From NCBI GenBank assembly GCA_910589485.1, contig CAJUSW010000010.1, positions 10,479-74,478 of the forward strand: a stretch of DNA of 64,000 bases, read 5' to 3'. Positions 10,164 to 19,818 of the stretch are shown piece by piece. Below the pieces are notes generated by a model, which was not told the origin of the DNA, did not search any database, and saw only the letters and a program-made list of their open reading frames with translations. A program made the translations under genes and the position numbers. The stretch is from an uncultured Duncaniella sp. (GTDB lineage: Bacteria > Bacteroidota > Bacteroidia > Bacteroidales > Muribaculaceae). Position 1 is the first letter of the stretch; each line of letters starts with the position of its first letter.

Positions 10164-11453
10164 ATGTCGACATCACTTAATAAGAAAACATCCCGCTCTC
10201 CATGGGCATGGGTTCCCACTCTATATTTCGCGCAAGGGTTGCCTTACATCGCCGTAATGACATTGTCGGTGATAATGTACAAACGACTCGGCATCTCCAA
10301 CACCGATATCGCGCTTTACACCGGGTGGCTGTATCTGCCATGGGTGATCAAGCCATTCTGGAGTCCCATTGTGGATATATTTTCCACCAAAAGGCATTGG
10401 ATCATACTCATGCAATGGCTTGTGGCCATCGCATTTGCCGGTATAGCTTTCACGCTGCCCACAACATTCTTTTTCAGTATGACGTTGGCCGTGTTCTGGA
10501 TGGTGGCATTCGTGTCGGCCACACACGACATTGCCGCCGATGGCTTCTACATGCTCGCCCTGTCGGAGCACGAGCAATCGTTCTATGTGGGAATACGTTC
10601 TACTTTCTACCGTATAGCATCAATTGCCGGACAAGGGGCGCTTGTGGTAGTGGCCGGGTATATCGAAGATCACACGGGTAATATCGCGGGCGCATGGAGT
10701 GCGGTATTCTTTATACTTTCAGCTCTGTTCCTTGTATTTGCCATATATCATTCGTGGTCGCTCCCTAAGGTGGAAGCGCGCAAGGATGATGAAAAGTCGG
10801 GAAATATCGCAGATGTATGGCGGGAATTCGGAAATGTATTTGCCGCTTTCTTCAGAAAAAAGCAGGTGGGAATAGCGATATTGTTCATGCTCCTGTACCG
10901 TTTGCCCGAAGCTCAGTTGGTTAAACTCATCAATCCGTTCCTGCTTGATCCGGTCGAGGCCGGCGGACTTGGCCTCTCAACTTCCGATGTGGGAATAGTG
11001 TACGGCACGGTAGGAATAATAGGCCTGACGTTGGGCGGTATAATTGGTGGAGTGTTCGCTGCAAGGCAGGGCTTGAGATTCTGGTTGAAGCCTATGGCCT
11101 GGAGCATGTCTCTCACCTGTCTGACATTCGTGTATCTGAGCTATGCTTCCGATCCGAGCCTGTTGGCGATAAAGGCATGCGTGTTCATTGAGCAATTTGG
11201 CTACGGATTTGGGTTCACGGCCTATATGCTCTATCTTATATACTTTTCCGAGGGCGAGTTCTCGACTGCTCATTACAGCATCTGTACAGGTTTCATGGCT
11301 CTTGGCATGATGTTGCCTGGCATGGCCGCCGGCTGGATTGAGGATACTATAGGATACAGAATGTTTTTCATCTGGACCATGGTGTGCTGTATAGCTACTA
11401 TCGGGGTCACATATTTATTGAATATTAACCCTGAATTCGGTAAAAAGCGCTGA
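10164..11453 (+). CDS. ampG: AmpG-family muropeptide MFS permease
   Basis: The ORF track starts at 10095, but Met at 10164 (MSTSLNKKTSRSPWAWVPTLYFAQGLPY) matches the AmpG-type N-terminus. Multi-TM MFS profile throughout. Confidence 0.85.
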   Translation: MSTSLNKKTSRSPWAWVPTLYFAQGLPYIAVMTLSVIMYKRLGISNTDIALYTGWLYLPWVIKPFWSPIVDIFSTKRHWIILMQWLVAIAFAGIAFTLPTTFFFSMTLAVFWMVAFVSATHDIAADGFYMLALSEHEQSFYVGIRSTFYRIASIAGQGALVVVAGYIEDHTGNIAGAWSAVFFILSALFLVFAIYHSWSLPKVEARKDDEKSGNIADVWREFGNVFAAFFRKKQVGIAILFMLLYRLPEAQLVKLINPFLLDPVEAGGLGLSTSDVGIVYGTVGIIGLTLGGIIGGVFAARQGLRFWLKPMAWSMSLTCLTFVYLSYASDPSLLAIKACVFIEQFGYGFGFTAYMLYLIYFSEGEFSTAHYSICTGFMALGMMLPGMAAGWIEDTIGYRMFFIWTMVCCIATIGVTYLLNINPEFGKKR

Positions 11454-11508
11454 ACACTGAACAATACGTCGTGGTTATAACCTAAATAACCATGACACAA
11501 ACTATAAC

Positions 11509-12819
11509 ATGAAAATTATGTCATTTTTATTGAGTGTGGCAGCTGTGGTGGCAATGACCGGTTGCTCGCAATCATCCGGAACTGCCGAAAGAGTGTCGGA
11601 GACCGGTATCGAGAATCGTAACACACAGGAGGAGGTATGCCAATCGGTTGTCACTCCCGGTATTGAAGTGTTGAAAGCCTCAGGCTTTGAACAACTGCAA
11701 GGTAAGCGCGTCGGACTGATTACAAATCCTACCGGCGTTGACAACGATCTCCGCTCCACAATAGATATCCTTGCAGAAGCTCCGGGTGTTAAGTTGACCG
11801 CATTGTTCGCGCCTGAACATGGAGTGAGAGGCGATTACGTGGCCGGAGCATCGGTGGCAAACAGTGTGGACAAGAAGACCGGTGTGCCGGTGTATTCATT
11901 GCATGGTCGCACACGCAAACCAACACCCGATATGCTTAAGGATGTGGATGTGCTGGTCTATGATATCCAGGATATAGGATGCCGCAGCTATACATTCATT
12001 TCCACCATGGGACTTGCCATGGAAGCCGCCGCCCGTGACGGCAAGGAGTTCATGGTGCTTGATAGGCCTAATCCATTGGGCGGATATAAGGTTGAGGGTA
12101 ACATTGTGGAAAAGGGACGCGAGTCATTCGTTGGCCAATATCCGATACCTTATATATATGGTCTCACTCCCGGAGAGCTTGCGGAGTATCTGAATGAGGA
12201 GGGATTGCTTGGCACAGGAACGAAAGTCAACCTCACGGTCATTCCTATGAAAGGGTGGCGTAGAGATATGACATTTGCCGAAACCGGGATGCCATGGGTG
12301 CTCCCCTCTCCCCATATACCCACCCCCGATGCCGCCTTGCTTTATCCCGCAACAGGAATCATGGGAGAGCTGAGCTATGTATCAATTGGCGTAGGATATA
12401 CATTGCCATTCAGCATTGCCGCCGCGCCGTGGATTGATGCACAGAAATTAACCGACAGACTCAACACGCTTGACATCCCCGGGGTTGAGTTCCGCCCGAT
12501 ATTCTATAAGCCGTTCTACGGACAAAACAGCGGGACCAATGTCGCCGGAGTGCAGATATATGTGCGTGATGAGAGGAAAGCGCCACTGTCGCTGATTCAG
12601 TTCTATATAATGCAGGAACTTGCCGAGATGTATCCTCAGCACAAGGCCTTCGCTTCGGCCACGCAAGCACGTGTGAAGATGTTTGATCAAGTGTGTGGTT
12701 CTGCCAAAGTCCGTCAACTGTTCACTAAACGTTACAAGGTGGCCGATATGCTGGATTTCTGGAATGGTGAAGCTGATTCGTTCAAGCAACATTCGTCAAA
12801 ATATTATATCTATAAATGA
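11509..12819 (+). CDS. namZ: DUF1343 / NamZ-like exo-beta-N-acetylmuramidase, lipoprotein
   Basis: 436 aa. Lipobox VAMTGCS. DUF1343 hallmarks GKRVGLITNPTGVD, LFAPEHG and DIQDIGCRSYTFIST. Confidence 0.8.
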   Translation: MKIMSFLLSVAAVVAMTGCSQSSGTAERVSETGIENRNTQEEVCQSVVTPGIEVLKASGFEQLQGKRVGLITNPTGVDNDLRSTIDILAEAPGVKLTALFAPEHGVRGDYVAGASVANSVDKKTGVPVYSLHGRTRKPTPDMLKDVDVLVYDIQDIGCRSYTFISTMGLAMEAAARDGKEFMVLDRPNPLGGYKVEGNIVEKGRESFVGQYPIPYIYGLTPGELAEYLNEEGLLGTGTKVNLTVIPMKGWRRDMTFAETGMPWVLPSPHIPTPDAALLYPATGIMGELSYVSIGVGYTLPFSIAAAPWIDAQKLTDRLNTLDIPGVEFRPIFYKPFYGQNSGTNVAGVQIYVRDERKAPLSLIQFYIMQELAEMYPQHKAFASATQARVKMFDQVCGSAKVRQLFTKRYKVADMLDFWNGEADSFKQHSSKYYIYK

Positions 12820-13685
12820 TACTTGTATTCGACAGCGGCAGCACTAAAACATCTGTCGCATTGGTCAAGGATAAGACGCAACCGGCCGTTATCGTGGAAT
12901 TGTCGTCGGGCCATAACGCCATAAGTGCGCCTCGGGGTGTGCTTAGCGACATGGTATCTCAGTCGGATGAAATTATGAGTGCGGCAGACTCGGTGACACA
13001 CATATATTATTATGGTGCAGGATGTGCCACTGCCGAGGCATGTGAGAATGTGAGGAAAGAGCTTGCCGGCCTATTCTCACGTAGCGAAATCGCCGTAGCA
13101 TCCGACATGCTCGGCGCGGCACGGGCCGTCTGCGGAAATTCGCCAGGTATAGTTGGGATCTTGGGCACCGGATCCAATTCATGCCTGTATGACGGAAGCG
13201 GTATCACAGCCAATGTGCCACCTCTGGGTTATATACTTGGAGATGAGGGAAGTGGAGCCGTGATCGGGAAAAGATTTCTTGGATTGCTGTTCAAGGGACA
13301 ATTCCCTGAAGAAATCCGCCGGGAGTTTGACAGCATGTATGGACTCAATGTGGCCGATGTGTTGACCAAGGTTTATCGCGAACCGAAGGCTAACGCTTTC
13401 CTCGCGTCATTTGCACCTTTTGTGGCCAAGATGTGTGTCCATGTGGAGGTTAACCAATTCGTAATCGGGGAATTCCTCAGATACATACGGTATAACCTGA
13501 AAGGATATGACGGCTTTGGCGATATCCCGGTTCACTTCATCGGATCGATAGCCGATAACTTCCGTGAACAACTGAAGTGTGCATTGGAGACGGAAGGTGG
13601 AATAATAGGAGAAATAATACGTTCTCCCATAGGCTTTATGGCTGATTTTCATAGATGTTCTGCCGAGGAAGACCAATGGCTATAA
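12816..13685 (+). CDS. BadF/BadG/BcrA/BcrD-type ATPase, GlcNAc/MurNAc kinase-like (MurK-like)
   Basis: 289 aa. ASKHA phosphate-1 motif ILVFDSGSTKT, then GILGTGSNS and LGDEGSGAV. 4-nt overlap with namZ. Confidence 0.75.
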   Translation: MILVFDSGSTKTSVALVKDKTQPAVIVELSSGHNAISAPRGVLSDMVSQSDEIMSAADSVTHIYYYGAGCATAEACENVRKELAGLFSRSEIAVASDMLGAARAVCGNSPGIVGILGTGSNSCLYDGSGITANVPPLGYILGDEGSGAVIGKRFLGLLFKGQFPEEIRREFDSMYGLNVADVLTKVYREPKANAFLASFAPFVAKMCVHVEVNQFVIGEFLRYIRYNLKGYDGFGDIPVHFIGSIADNFREQLKCALETEGGIIGEIIRSPIGFMADFHRCSAEEDQWL

Positions 13686-13738
13686 CATATTTTCATTAAA
13701 AGATACATAAATGGCTTGAAAACTAAGCGGAAAAACAT

Positions 13739-13746
13739 TATCTTTG
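13739..13746 (+). promoter_or_regulatory. candidate Bacteroides-type -7 promoter box (TAnnTTTG) for ppdK
   Basis: TATCTTTG about 80 nt upstream of the ppdK ATG, in an AT-rich intergenic region. Confidence 0.35.
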
Positions 13747-13827
13747 CATATGATTTAAAAATGCCATCTAAAACACAGGATAATTTAAATTATAATATCA
13801 ATATCTAATATATTACTAACCAACACA

Positions 13828-16542
13828 ATGAAAAGAGTTTATACGTTTGGAGACGGTAAAGCCGAGGGTAATGCCTCAATGCGCAATCTCCTTGGTGGCA
13901 AAGGTGCCAACCTTGCCGAGATGAACCTGCTAGGAATGCCTGTTCCTCCCGGTTTCACCATCACAACCGAAGTATGTACCGAATACACCCAGTATGGTCG
14001 CGATGAGGTGGTAAAGCGCCTCACCAAGGACGTGGAGGCTGCTATTGCACACGTTGAAGGCCTTACCGGCAAGAAATTCAATGATCCCGCCAATCCCCTT
14101 CTCGTTTCTGTACGCTCCGGAGCCCGCGCTTCAATGCCCGGCATGATGGATACCGTGCTCAACCTGGGTATGAATGACGCTACTGTAGCTTCACTCGCTG
14201 AGAAGAGCGGCAACCCCCGTTTTGCTTGGGATAGCTACCGTCGTTTCGTACAGATGTACGGTGACGTTGTTCTCGGCATGAAGCCCAAGAGCAAGACCGA
14301 CATTGATCCCTTCGAGGAGATCATGGATAAGAAGAAGGAGGAGAAGGGTGTCAAGCTCGATACCGAGCTCGATGTCGAGGATCTGAAAGAACTCGTCAAG
14401 CTCTTCAAGGCTGCTGTTAAGGAGTACACCGGCAAGGACTTCCCCGACAATGCTTGGGAACAGCTTTGGGGTGGTATCTGCGCTGTATTTGACAGCTGGA
14501 TGAACGAGCGCGCTATCCTCTACCGTCGCATGAACCAGATTCCTGAAGAGTGGGGAACCGCTGTAAACGTTCAGGCTATGGTGTATGGCAACATGGGTAA
14601 CAACTCAGCTACTGGCGTGGCATTCAGCCGTGACGCCGCTACTGGCGAGAATATGTTTAACGGCGAGTACCTCATCAACGCTCAGGGCGAGGACGTGGTA
14701 GCCGGTATCCGCACTCCCCAGCAGATCACAGTAGAGGGATCTCGTCGTTGGGCTGCCCTCCAGGGCATCAGCGAGGAGGAGCGTGCCTCCAAGTATCCCT
14801 CACTTGAGGAGTCTATGCCTACTTGCGCTGCCGAGCTCATCGCTATCGCAAATAAGCTTGAGGATTATTACAAAGACATGCAGGACATGGAGTTCACTAT
14901 CCAGGACGGCAAGCTCTGGATGCTCCAGACTCGTAACGGCAAGCGTACAGGTGCCGCTATGGTTAAGATCGCCATGGACCTTTTCCGTGAAGGCGAGATT
15001 GATGAGAAGACCGTGCTCATGCGCATGGAGCCTCAGAAACTTGATGAGCTTCTCCACCCCGTATTCGACAAGGCTGCTCTTAAGCGTGCCGACGTTGTAG
15101 CCAAGGGTCTTCCCGCATCTCCCGGTGCCGCTACCGGCCAGATCGTATTCTCAGCCGAGGAGGCCGAGGCTTGGTCAGAGAAGAAGCGCAAAGTTGTGCT
15201 TGTCCGCATCGAGACCTCTCCCGAGGACCTTCGCGGTATGGCAGTTGCCCAGGGTATCCTCACAATGCGTGGCGGTATGACCTCTCACGCTGCTGTGGTA
15301 GCCCGTGGTATGGGTAAGTGCTGTGTTTCAGGCGCCGGTGAAATCCGTGTTGACTACAAGGCCAAGACCGTAGAAATGGGTGGTAAGACATATAACGAAG
15401 GTGACTGGATCTCGCTCAACGGTTCTACCGGTGAGGTTTACGATGGCCAGGTGCCCACTGTAATGCCCGAGCTCGGTGGTGATTTCGGTCAGGTGATGAA
15501 CTTTGCCGCCAAGTACACCAAGACTCTCGTCCGCACTAACGCTGATACCCCCCGCGATGCTAAGCAGGCCCGTCACTTCGGTGCCCAAGGTATTGGTCTC
15601 TGCCGTACAGAGCACATGTTCTTCGAGGGTGACCGCATCAAGGCTGTACGCGAGATGATCCTCGCAAGCGATGTAGAAGGCCGTCGTGCTGCTCTCGCTA
15701 AACTTCTTCCCATGCAGCGTGGCGACTTCGAGGGTATCTTCGAGGCTATGGACGGCTATGGCGTGACCATCCGTCTTCTCGATCCCCCGTTGCACGAGTT
15801 CGTACCTCACCAGACTGCTACCCAGAAGGAGCTCGCCGAGCAGATGGGTATTACTCTCGAGGAGGTTAAGGCTAAGGTTGATTCTCTCGAGGAGTTCAAC
15901 CCCATGCTCGGACACCGTGGTTGCCGTCTGGGTATCACCTATCCCGAGATCACCGAAATGCAGGCTCGTGCCATCATCGAGGCCGCTCTCGCAGTTAAGG
16001 CCCGTGGTATCGACGTTCACCCCGAGATCATGATTCCCCTTGTTGGTTCACTCAAGGAGATCCAGAATCAGGCAAACATAATCCACGCTACCGCTACCAA
16101 GGTGTTCGAGGAGACCGGCAATTCTGTTGCTTACAAGGTAGGTACCATGATTGAGGTTCCCCGCGCCGCTCTCGTAGCCAACCAGATCGCTGAGGTTGCC
16201 GAGTTCTTCTCATTCGGCACCAATGACCTCACTCAGATGACCTTCGGATTCTCTCGTGATGACGCTCCCAAGTTCCTCAAGTTCTACAAGGAGCACGGCA
16301 TCATCAAGACCGATCCTTTCGAAGTTCTCGATCAGGAAGGCGTAGGTCAGCTCGTTGAAATGGGCGTTAAGAAAGGCCGTGCCACTAACCCCGACCTCAA
16401 GGTTGGTATTTGTGGCGAGCACGGTGGCGAGCCTTCTTCTGTGAAGTTCTGTGCTAAGCTCGGTATGAATTACGTATCCTGCTCACCGTTCCGCGTGCCC
16501 ATCGCCCGCGTAGCTGCGGCGCAGGCTGCCATCGAGGAGTAA
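13828..16542 (+). CDS. ppdK: pyruvate, phosphate dikinase
   Basis: 904 aa. MKRVYTFGDGKAEGNASMRNLLGGKGANLAEM, phosphohistidine region GGMTSHAAVVARGMG, PEP-utilizer C-terminal CGEHGGEP. Confidence 0.97.
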   Translation: MKRVYTFGDGKAEGNASMRNLLGGKGANLAEMNLLGMPVPPGFTITTEVCTEYTQYGRDEVVKRLTKDVEAAIAHVEGLTGKKFNDPANPLLVSVRSGARASMPGMMDTVLNLGMNDATVASLAEKSGNPRFAWDSYRRFVQMYGDVVLGMKPKSKTDIDPFEEIMDKKKEEKGVKLDTELDVEDLKELVKLFKAAVKEYTGKDFPDNAWEQLWGGICAVFDSWMNERAILYRRMNQIPEEWGTAVNVQAMVYGNMGNNSATGVAFSRDAATGENMFNGEYLINAQGEDVVAGIRTPQQITVEGSRRWAALQGISEEERASKYPSLEESMPTCAAELIAIANKLEDYYKDMQDMEFTIQDGKLWMLQTRNGKRTGAAMVKIAMDLFREGEIDEKTVLMRMEPQKLDELLHPVFDKAALKRADVVAKGLPASPGAATGQIVFSAEEAEAWSEKKRKVVLVRIETSPEDLRGMAVAQGILTMRGGMTSHAAVVARGMGKCCVSGAGEIRVDYKAKTVEMGGKTYNEGDWISLNGSTGEVYDGQVPTVMPELGGDFGQVMNFAAKYTKTLVRTNADTPRDAKQARHFGAQGIGLCRTEHMFFEGDRIKAVREMILASDVEGRRAALAKLLPMQRGDFEGIFEAMDGYGVTIRLLDPPLHEFVPHQTATQKELAEQMGITLEEVKAKVDSLEEFNPMLGHRGCRLGITYPEITEMQARAIIEAALAVKARGIDVHPEIMIPLVGSLKEIQNQANIIHATATKVFEETGNSVAYKVGTMIEVPRAALVANQIAEVAEFFSFGTNDLTQMTFGFSRDDAPKFLKFYKEHGIIKTDPFEVLDQEGVGQLVEMGVKKGRATNPDLKVGICGEHGGEPSSVKFCAKLGMNYVSCSPFRVPIARVAAAQAAIEE

Positions 16543-16576
16543 TAGTCCGCTTCAGTACATACTGAATAAATAACCA

Positions 16577-16618
16577 GTTAGGCTGTAATCCCCTATCCAA
16601 TGGGCATTACAGCCTAAC
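16577..16618 (+). terminator. hairpin terminator after ppdK
   Basis: Perfect 13-bp stem GTTAGGCTGTAAT / ATTACAGCCTAAC with a 16-nt loop, 35 nt after the ppdK stop. Confidence 0.5.
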
Positions 16619-16687
16619 TTGCGCTTAGACAGTTGTCCTATTGACAACATAATATGCCAAGCTATTGCCTTGATTTATGGAAAGTAT

Positions 16688-16695
16688 TATATTTG
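16688..16695 (+). promoter_or_regulatory. candidate -7 promoter box (TAnnTTTG) for the GH20 gene
   Basis: TATATTTG 77 nt upstream of the ATG at 16772. Confidence 0.35.
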
Positions 16696-16771
16696 CAGTG
16701 GCTAACGGCTTGATGCTATCAGCCGGGGCTATGAGTTGTCCACTACATATATCAATCAATTAATCATTATC

Positions 16772-18397
16772 ATGAAAATTCCCTCCCCATTATTATGCTT
16801 TGCCGCCATTGCATTATCATCTTGCAGTGAACGGCCGGCCGTAGAGGCGTCATATGACGTGATTCCCCTACCCCAGAAGGTGGCTCTCGATTCTGCAGAG
16901 AAAGCCTTCAAACTTAATCCTCGCACCCGCATAGTCGCTACCGATAGTGCGCAACAGATCAACGCCCGGCTTTTCGCAGAATATATTTCCTCGCTCACTG
17001 GTTTTACCCCCAAGATAGTTTCCAACACTCCGGCTTCTGACTACATACATCTGACAACCGATCCGGCTGAATCAGCCGACGCTTACACCATCAATGTGAC
17101 CGCCGATAGTGTAGTGGTTAGAGGTGGCAGTGCGTCTGGAACTTTTTATGGCCTTCAGACCCTGCGCAAAGCGATCCCCGGTAAGGCAGAAGCCGACGTG
17201 CTTTATCCTGCCGGAAAAATATCGGATGTCCCTCGTTTCGCCTATCGTGGGGCACATTTCGATACATCGAGGCATTTCTTCTCTCCCGACTCGGTAAAAA
17301 TATTCATCGATATGCTTGCACTCCATAATATGAACCGTTTTCATTGGCATCTCACCGACGATCAGGGCTGGCGAATCGAGATGAAAAGTCTGCCTGAGCT
17401 TGCCAAAATTGGATCCAAACGGGCTGGTACAGTGATAGGTAATAATACGGGAGAATACGACAACATTCCATATGGTGGCTATTACACCCAGGATGAAGTT
17501 AAAGAGATCATAAAATATGCCTCCGATCGTCACATCACAATCATACCTGAGATCGACCTGCCCGGACATATGCAGGCCGCTCTTGCAGCTTATCCCGAGC
17601 TGGGATGTACCGGTGGCCCATACGAGGTGTGGCAACGCTGGGGTGTCAGTGATGATGTGCTCTGTGCGGGAAATGACAGTGTGTATGTCTTCCTTGATAA
17701 AGTGCTTGATGAAATCACCGGGATATTCCCATCGGAATACATTCATATCGGTGGCGACGAGTGCCCAAAGGTTAGATGGAAAGAATGTGCCCGATGCCAG
17801 GCTAAGATAAAAGCCCTCGGACTCAGGGATGATAAGCACAGTACTGCCGAGGACAAACTGCAAAGCCATGTGATGAAACACGCCGCTGACCGCCTCGCCT
17901 CCAAGGGTCGTAAAGCCATAGGATGGGATGAGATACTCGAAGGAGGATGCGACACCACCACTGTGATTATGTCGTGGCGTGGAGTGCAAGGAGGAATAAA
18001 GGCAGCGCAAGCCGGCCACGATGCTATCATGACCCCGGCCACTTATCTGTATTTCGATTATAAGCAAAGTCATGACGAAGGGGAACCGGGAGCTTTCTAT
18101 GCTGCGCCACTTCTTCTCGATAAAGTATATGGATATGAACCGATCCCCGAGGACTTTACGGACGAACAGGCGGCTCACATCATTGGCGTGCAGGGCAACA
18201 CCTGGTGCGAATATATCCCTAATTTCCGTCATGCCCAATATATGACGTTGCCACGCTTTGCCGCGCTCTCGGAATTGCAATGGAGCAGCGCTCCTAAGGA
18301 TTTTGATGCGTTTCTTGTACGCCTGTCCCAGCTGCGCAAGATATACGATGCTGAAGGATACAACTATAACGCCAAGGCTTTCGAGAGACAGGAATGA
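16772..18397 (+). CDS. GH20 beta-N-acetylhexosaminidase, lipoprotein
   Basis: Start moved to MKIPSPLLCFAAIALSSCSE (lipobox). GH20 catalytic region HWHLTDDQGWR and IHIGGDE. Confidence 0.9.
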   Translation: MKIPSPLLCFAAIALSSCSERPAVEASYDVIPLPQKVALDSAEKAFKLNPRTRIVATDSAQQINARLFAEYISSLTGFTPKIVSNTPASDYIHLTTDPAESADAYTINVTADSVVVRGGSASGTFYGLQTLRKAIPGKAEADVLYPAGKISDVPRFAYRGAHFDTSRHFFSPDSVKIFIDMLALHNMNRFHWHLTDDQGWRIEMKSLPELAKIGSKRAGTVIGNNTGEYDNIPYGGYYTQDEVKEIIKYASDRHITIIPEIDLPGHMQAALAAYPELGCTGGPYEVWQRWGVSDDVLCAGNDSVYVFLDKVLDEITGIFPSEYIHIGGDECPKVRWKECARCQAKIKALGLRDDKHSTAEDKLQSHVMKHAADRLASKGRKAIGWDEILEGGCDTTTVIMSWRGVQGGIKAAQAGHDAIMTPATYLYFDYKQSHDEGEPGAFYAAPLLLDKVYGYEPIPEDFTDEQAAHIIGVQGNTWCEYIPNFRHAQYMTLPRFAALSELQWSSAPKDFDAFLVRLSQLRKIYDAEGYNYNAKAFERQE

Positions 18398-18442
18398 TGA
18401 AATATGAAAATAGTTGTAACATCTTGAATATATTTTGAAACT

Positions 18443-18480
18443 ACCCTCCCGAAAATCCCTACAATGGATCTCGGGAGGGT
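18443..18480. terminator. bidirectional hairpin terminator between convergent genes
   Basis: 10-bp stem ACCCTCCCGA / TCGGGAGGGT followed by GGATTTTTA. It sits between the GH20 stop and the WYL remnant stop. Confidence 0.55.
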
Positions 18481-18642
18481 GGATTTTTATACATGATCTC
18501 GTATCAGTCTTTCATATTTTTGATGCGACCCGACATATATGATTTTCAGAAAAGCAGAGAAAGTTGAGAGATATTATCCGAGTCTCATCTCGATATGGTT
18601 ATGCCAAACATATTAAGGCTTGATCGGTGATTTCAAGCAGAT

Positions 18643-19463
18643 CTAAGATTCGTACAATCTCCGTGCTTCGTTTAGGCGCTCCTTTATCCGTGATACCAGA
18701 TCGGCAGGAGCCATAACCCTTACACCCTCACAGAATGACAGAAGGAGTTGCTCCAGTTCATAGTTGGGATACACCTCAAATCATTAGGAATATACTTGAT
18801 ATCAGGACAGGAGTCGATTGAATCAATTCTGTCGAAGGCATAATTGGACAAATCTTCCCGTCCTTCGGTTCTCGCAATCAGAAACCATCTGTTGTTATAT
18901 TCTTTAAGGTAATAAGGATGTACCGAAAATAATCCGGGCGTACTGTTGTGAAACGGAGTATAGGTGAGCCTCAGGACTTCTCGATTGGTTATGGCAGAGA
19001 GCAATCTGCCGAAATAATGAAGTCCTTGCAGATACTTATTCTCATCAAGTCCTACCACTCTCTCGACATCTGTATTAATATCAAGAGACAGTTTAAACCT
19101 GTCCACGAATGAGCTGATCCACTCCATTTGTGGCATCCCCTCGAATCGTGAAAGCATGGCCACACATTGCATCATCTGGCCGATCTCATCCTCGTTCAAC
19201 TGGAGCCGATACATTGACATCTCCCGATTAGCATATCCATAGGTCACAAATTTACCTTTCCTGACACTCTCAATCTCGATTCCGGGTTGCGAGCCGATAA
19301 AATCCATATCGCCACGTATCGTGTTTTTGCACACCTTAGGAAATCCCAACATCTCCAATTCCCTATTGATCTCACAGTGTAAATCATCGGTTGAGTATCC
19401 TCCACGACGTAGGTATCGGTCAAGTATTCTGTATCGGATTTCTGAGTTCTTTGTGTTCGGCAT
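18643..19463 (-). pseudogene. WYL-domain transcriptional regulator, internally deleted and frameshifted
   Basis: Met at 19463 (MPNTKNSEIRYRILDRYLRRGG...). The WYL core YYLKEYNNRWFLIA is present. The reading frame ends at 18720 after ...CPDIKYIPNDL. The -1 frame then continues as EVYPNYELEQLLLSFCEGVRVMAPADLVSRIKERLNEARRLYES* to 18643, which aligns with the C-terminus of the intact paralog at 55887-56897. About 55 residues between the two parts are missing. Confidence 0.6.
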
Positions 19464-19556
19464 GGCATTGATCGTTATACTGTTGCAAATGTAGCAATAA
19501 TATTTTATGGGAATGGACATAAGGTGAATAATTTTGCATAAGGATTAAATTCCTAC

Positions 19557-19564
19557 TATCTTTG
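19557..19564 (+). promoter_or_regulatory. candidate -7 promoter box (TAnnTTTG) upstream of the structured leader
   Basis: TATCTTTG. A second match, TAATTTTG, lies about 25 nt further upstream. Confidence 0.3.
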
Positions 19565-19606
19565 TAACCGATAATCATGATATCGGCTACGATATTTCAA
19601 TCCACA

Positions 19607-19792
19607 TAAGTAAGTCGTAAAAATTAATGCACATATAAATCGCAGTTATTTTGTGGTATTTTGGCTGCGGAATGAAGGAGCATAGCGAGCTATGCGACTG
19701 AGTGACAAGGCCAAAATAGCTAAAAAGAACAAGATTTTTTGGGCAAGCTCTTTAGGACTTACATATAGCGGTTAATTTTTAAGACTTACTTA
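19607..19792. repeat. nested inverted-repeat element (candidate structured RNA leader or MITE)
   Basis: Outer arms 19607-19627 and 19772-19792 pair at 20 of 21 positions. Inner 9-bp stem TATTTTGGC (19657-19665) / GCCAAAATA (19710-19718). Central hairpin GCATA-GCGAGC-TATGC (19680-19695). Confidence 0.4.
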
Positions 19793-19818
19793 AATCAATG
19801 CGTTAATCCTCGCTAATA

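Noticed and set aside
17072-18280. 402-aa ORF antisense to the GH20 gene. Similar long antisense or off-frame ORFs occur at 2643-3371, 4880-5731, 15328-16020, 46148-46798, 8067-8633 and 23077-23601.
   Set aside because: These are shadow ORFs inside well-supported genes. They have low-complexity or odd composition, no motifs, and are fully overlapped by confident CDSs.
19637-19652. The 16-mer AAATCGCAGTTATTTT is shared with 53753-53768, linking the nested-repeat element to the riboswitch-3 leader
   Set aside because: Roughly one exact 16-mer coincidence is expected by chance in 64 kb counting both strands, more in AT-rich spacers. The flanks show no further similarity.
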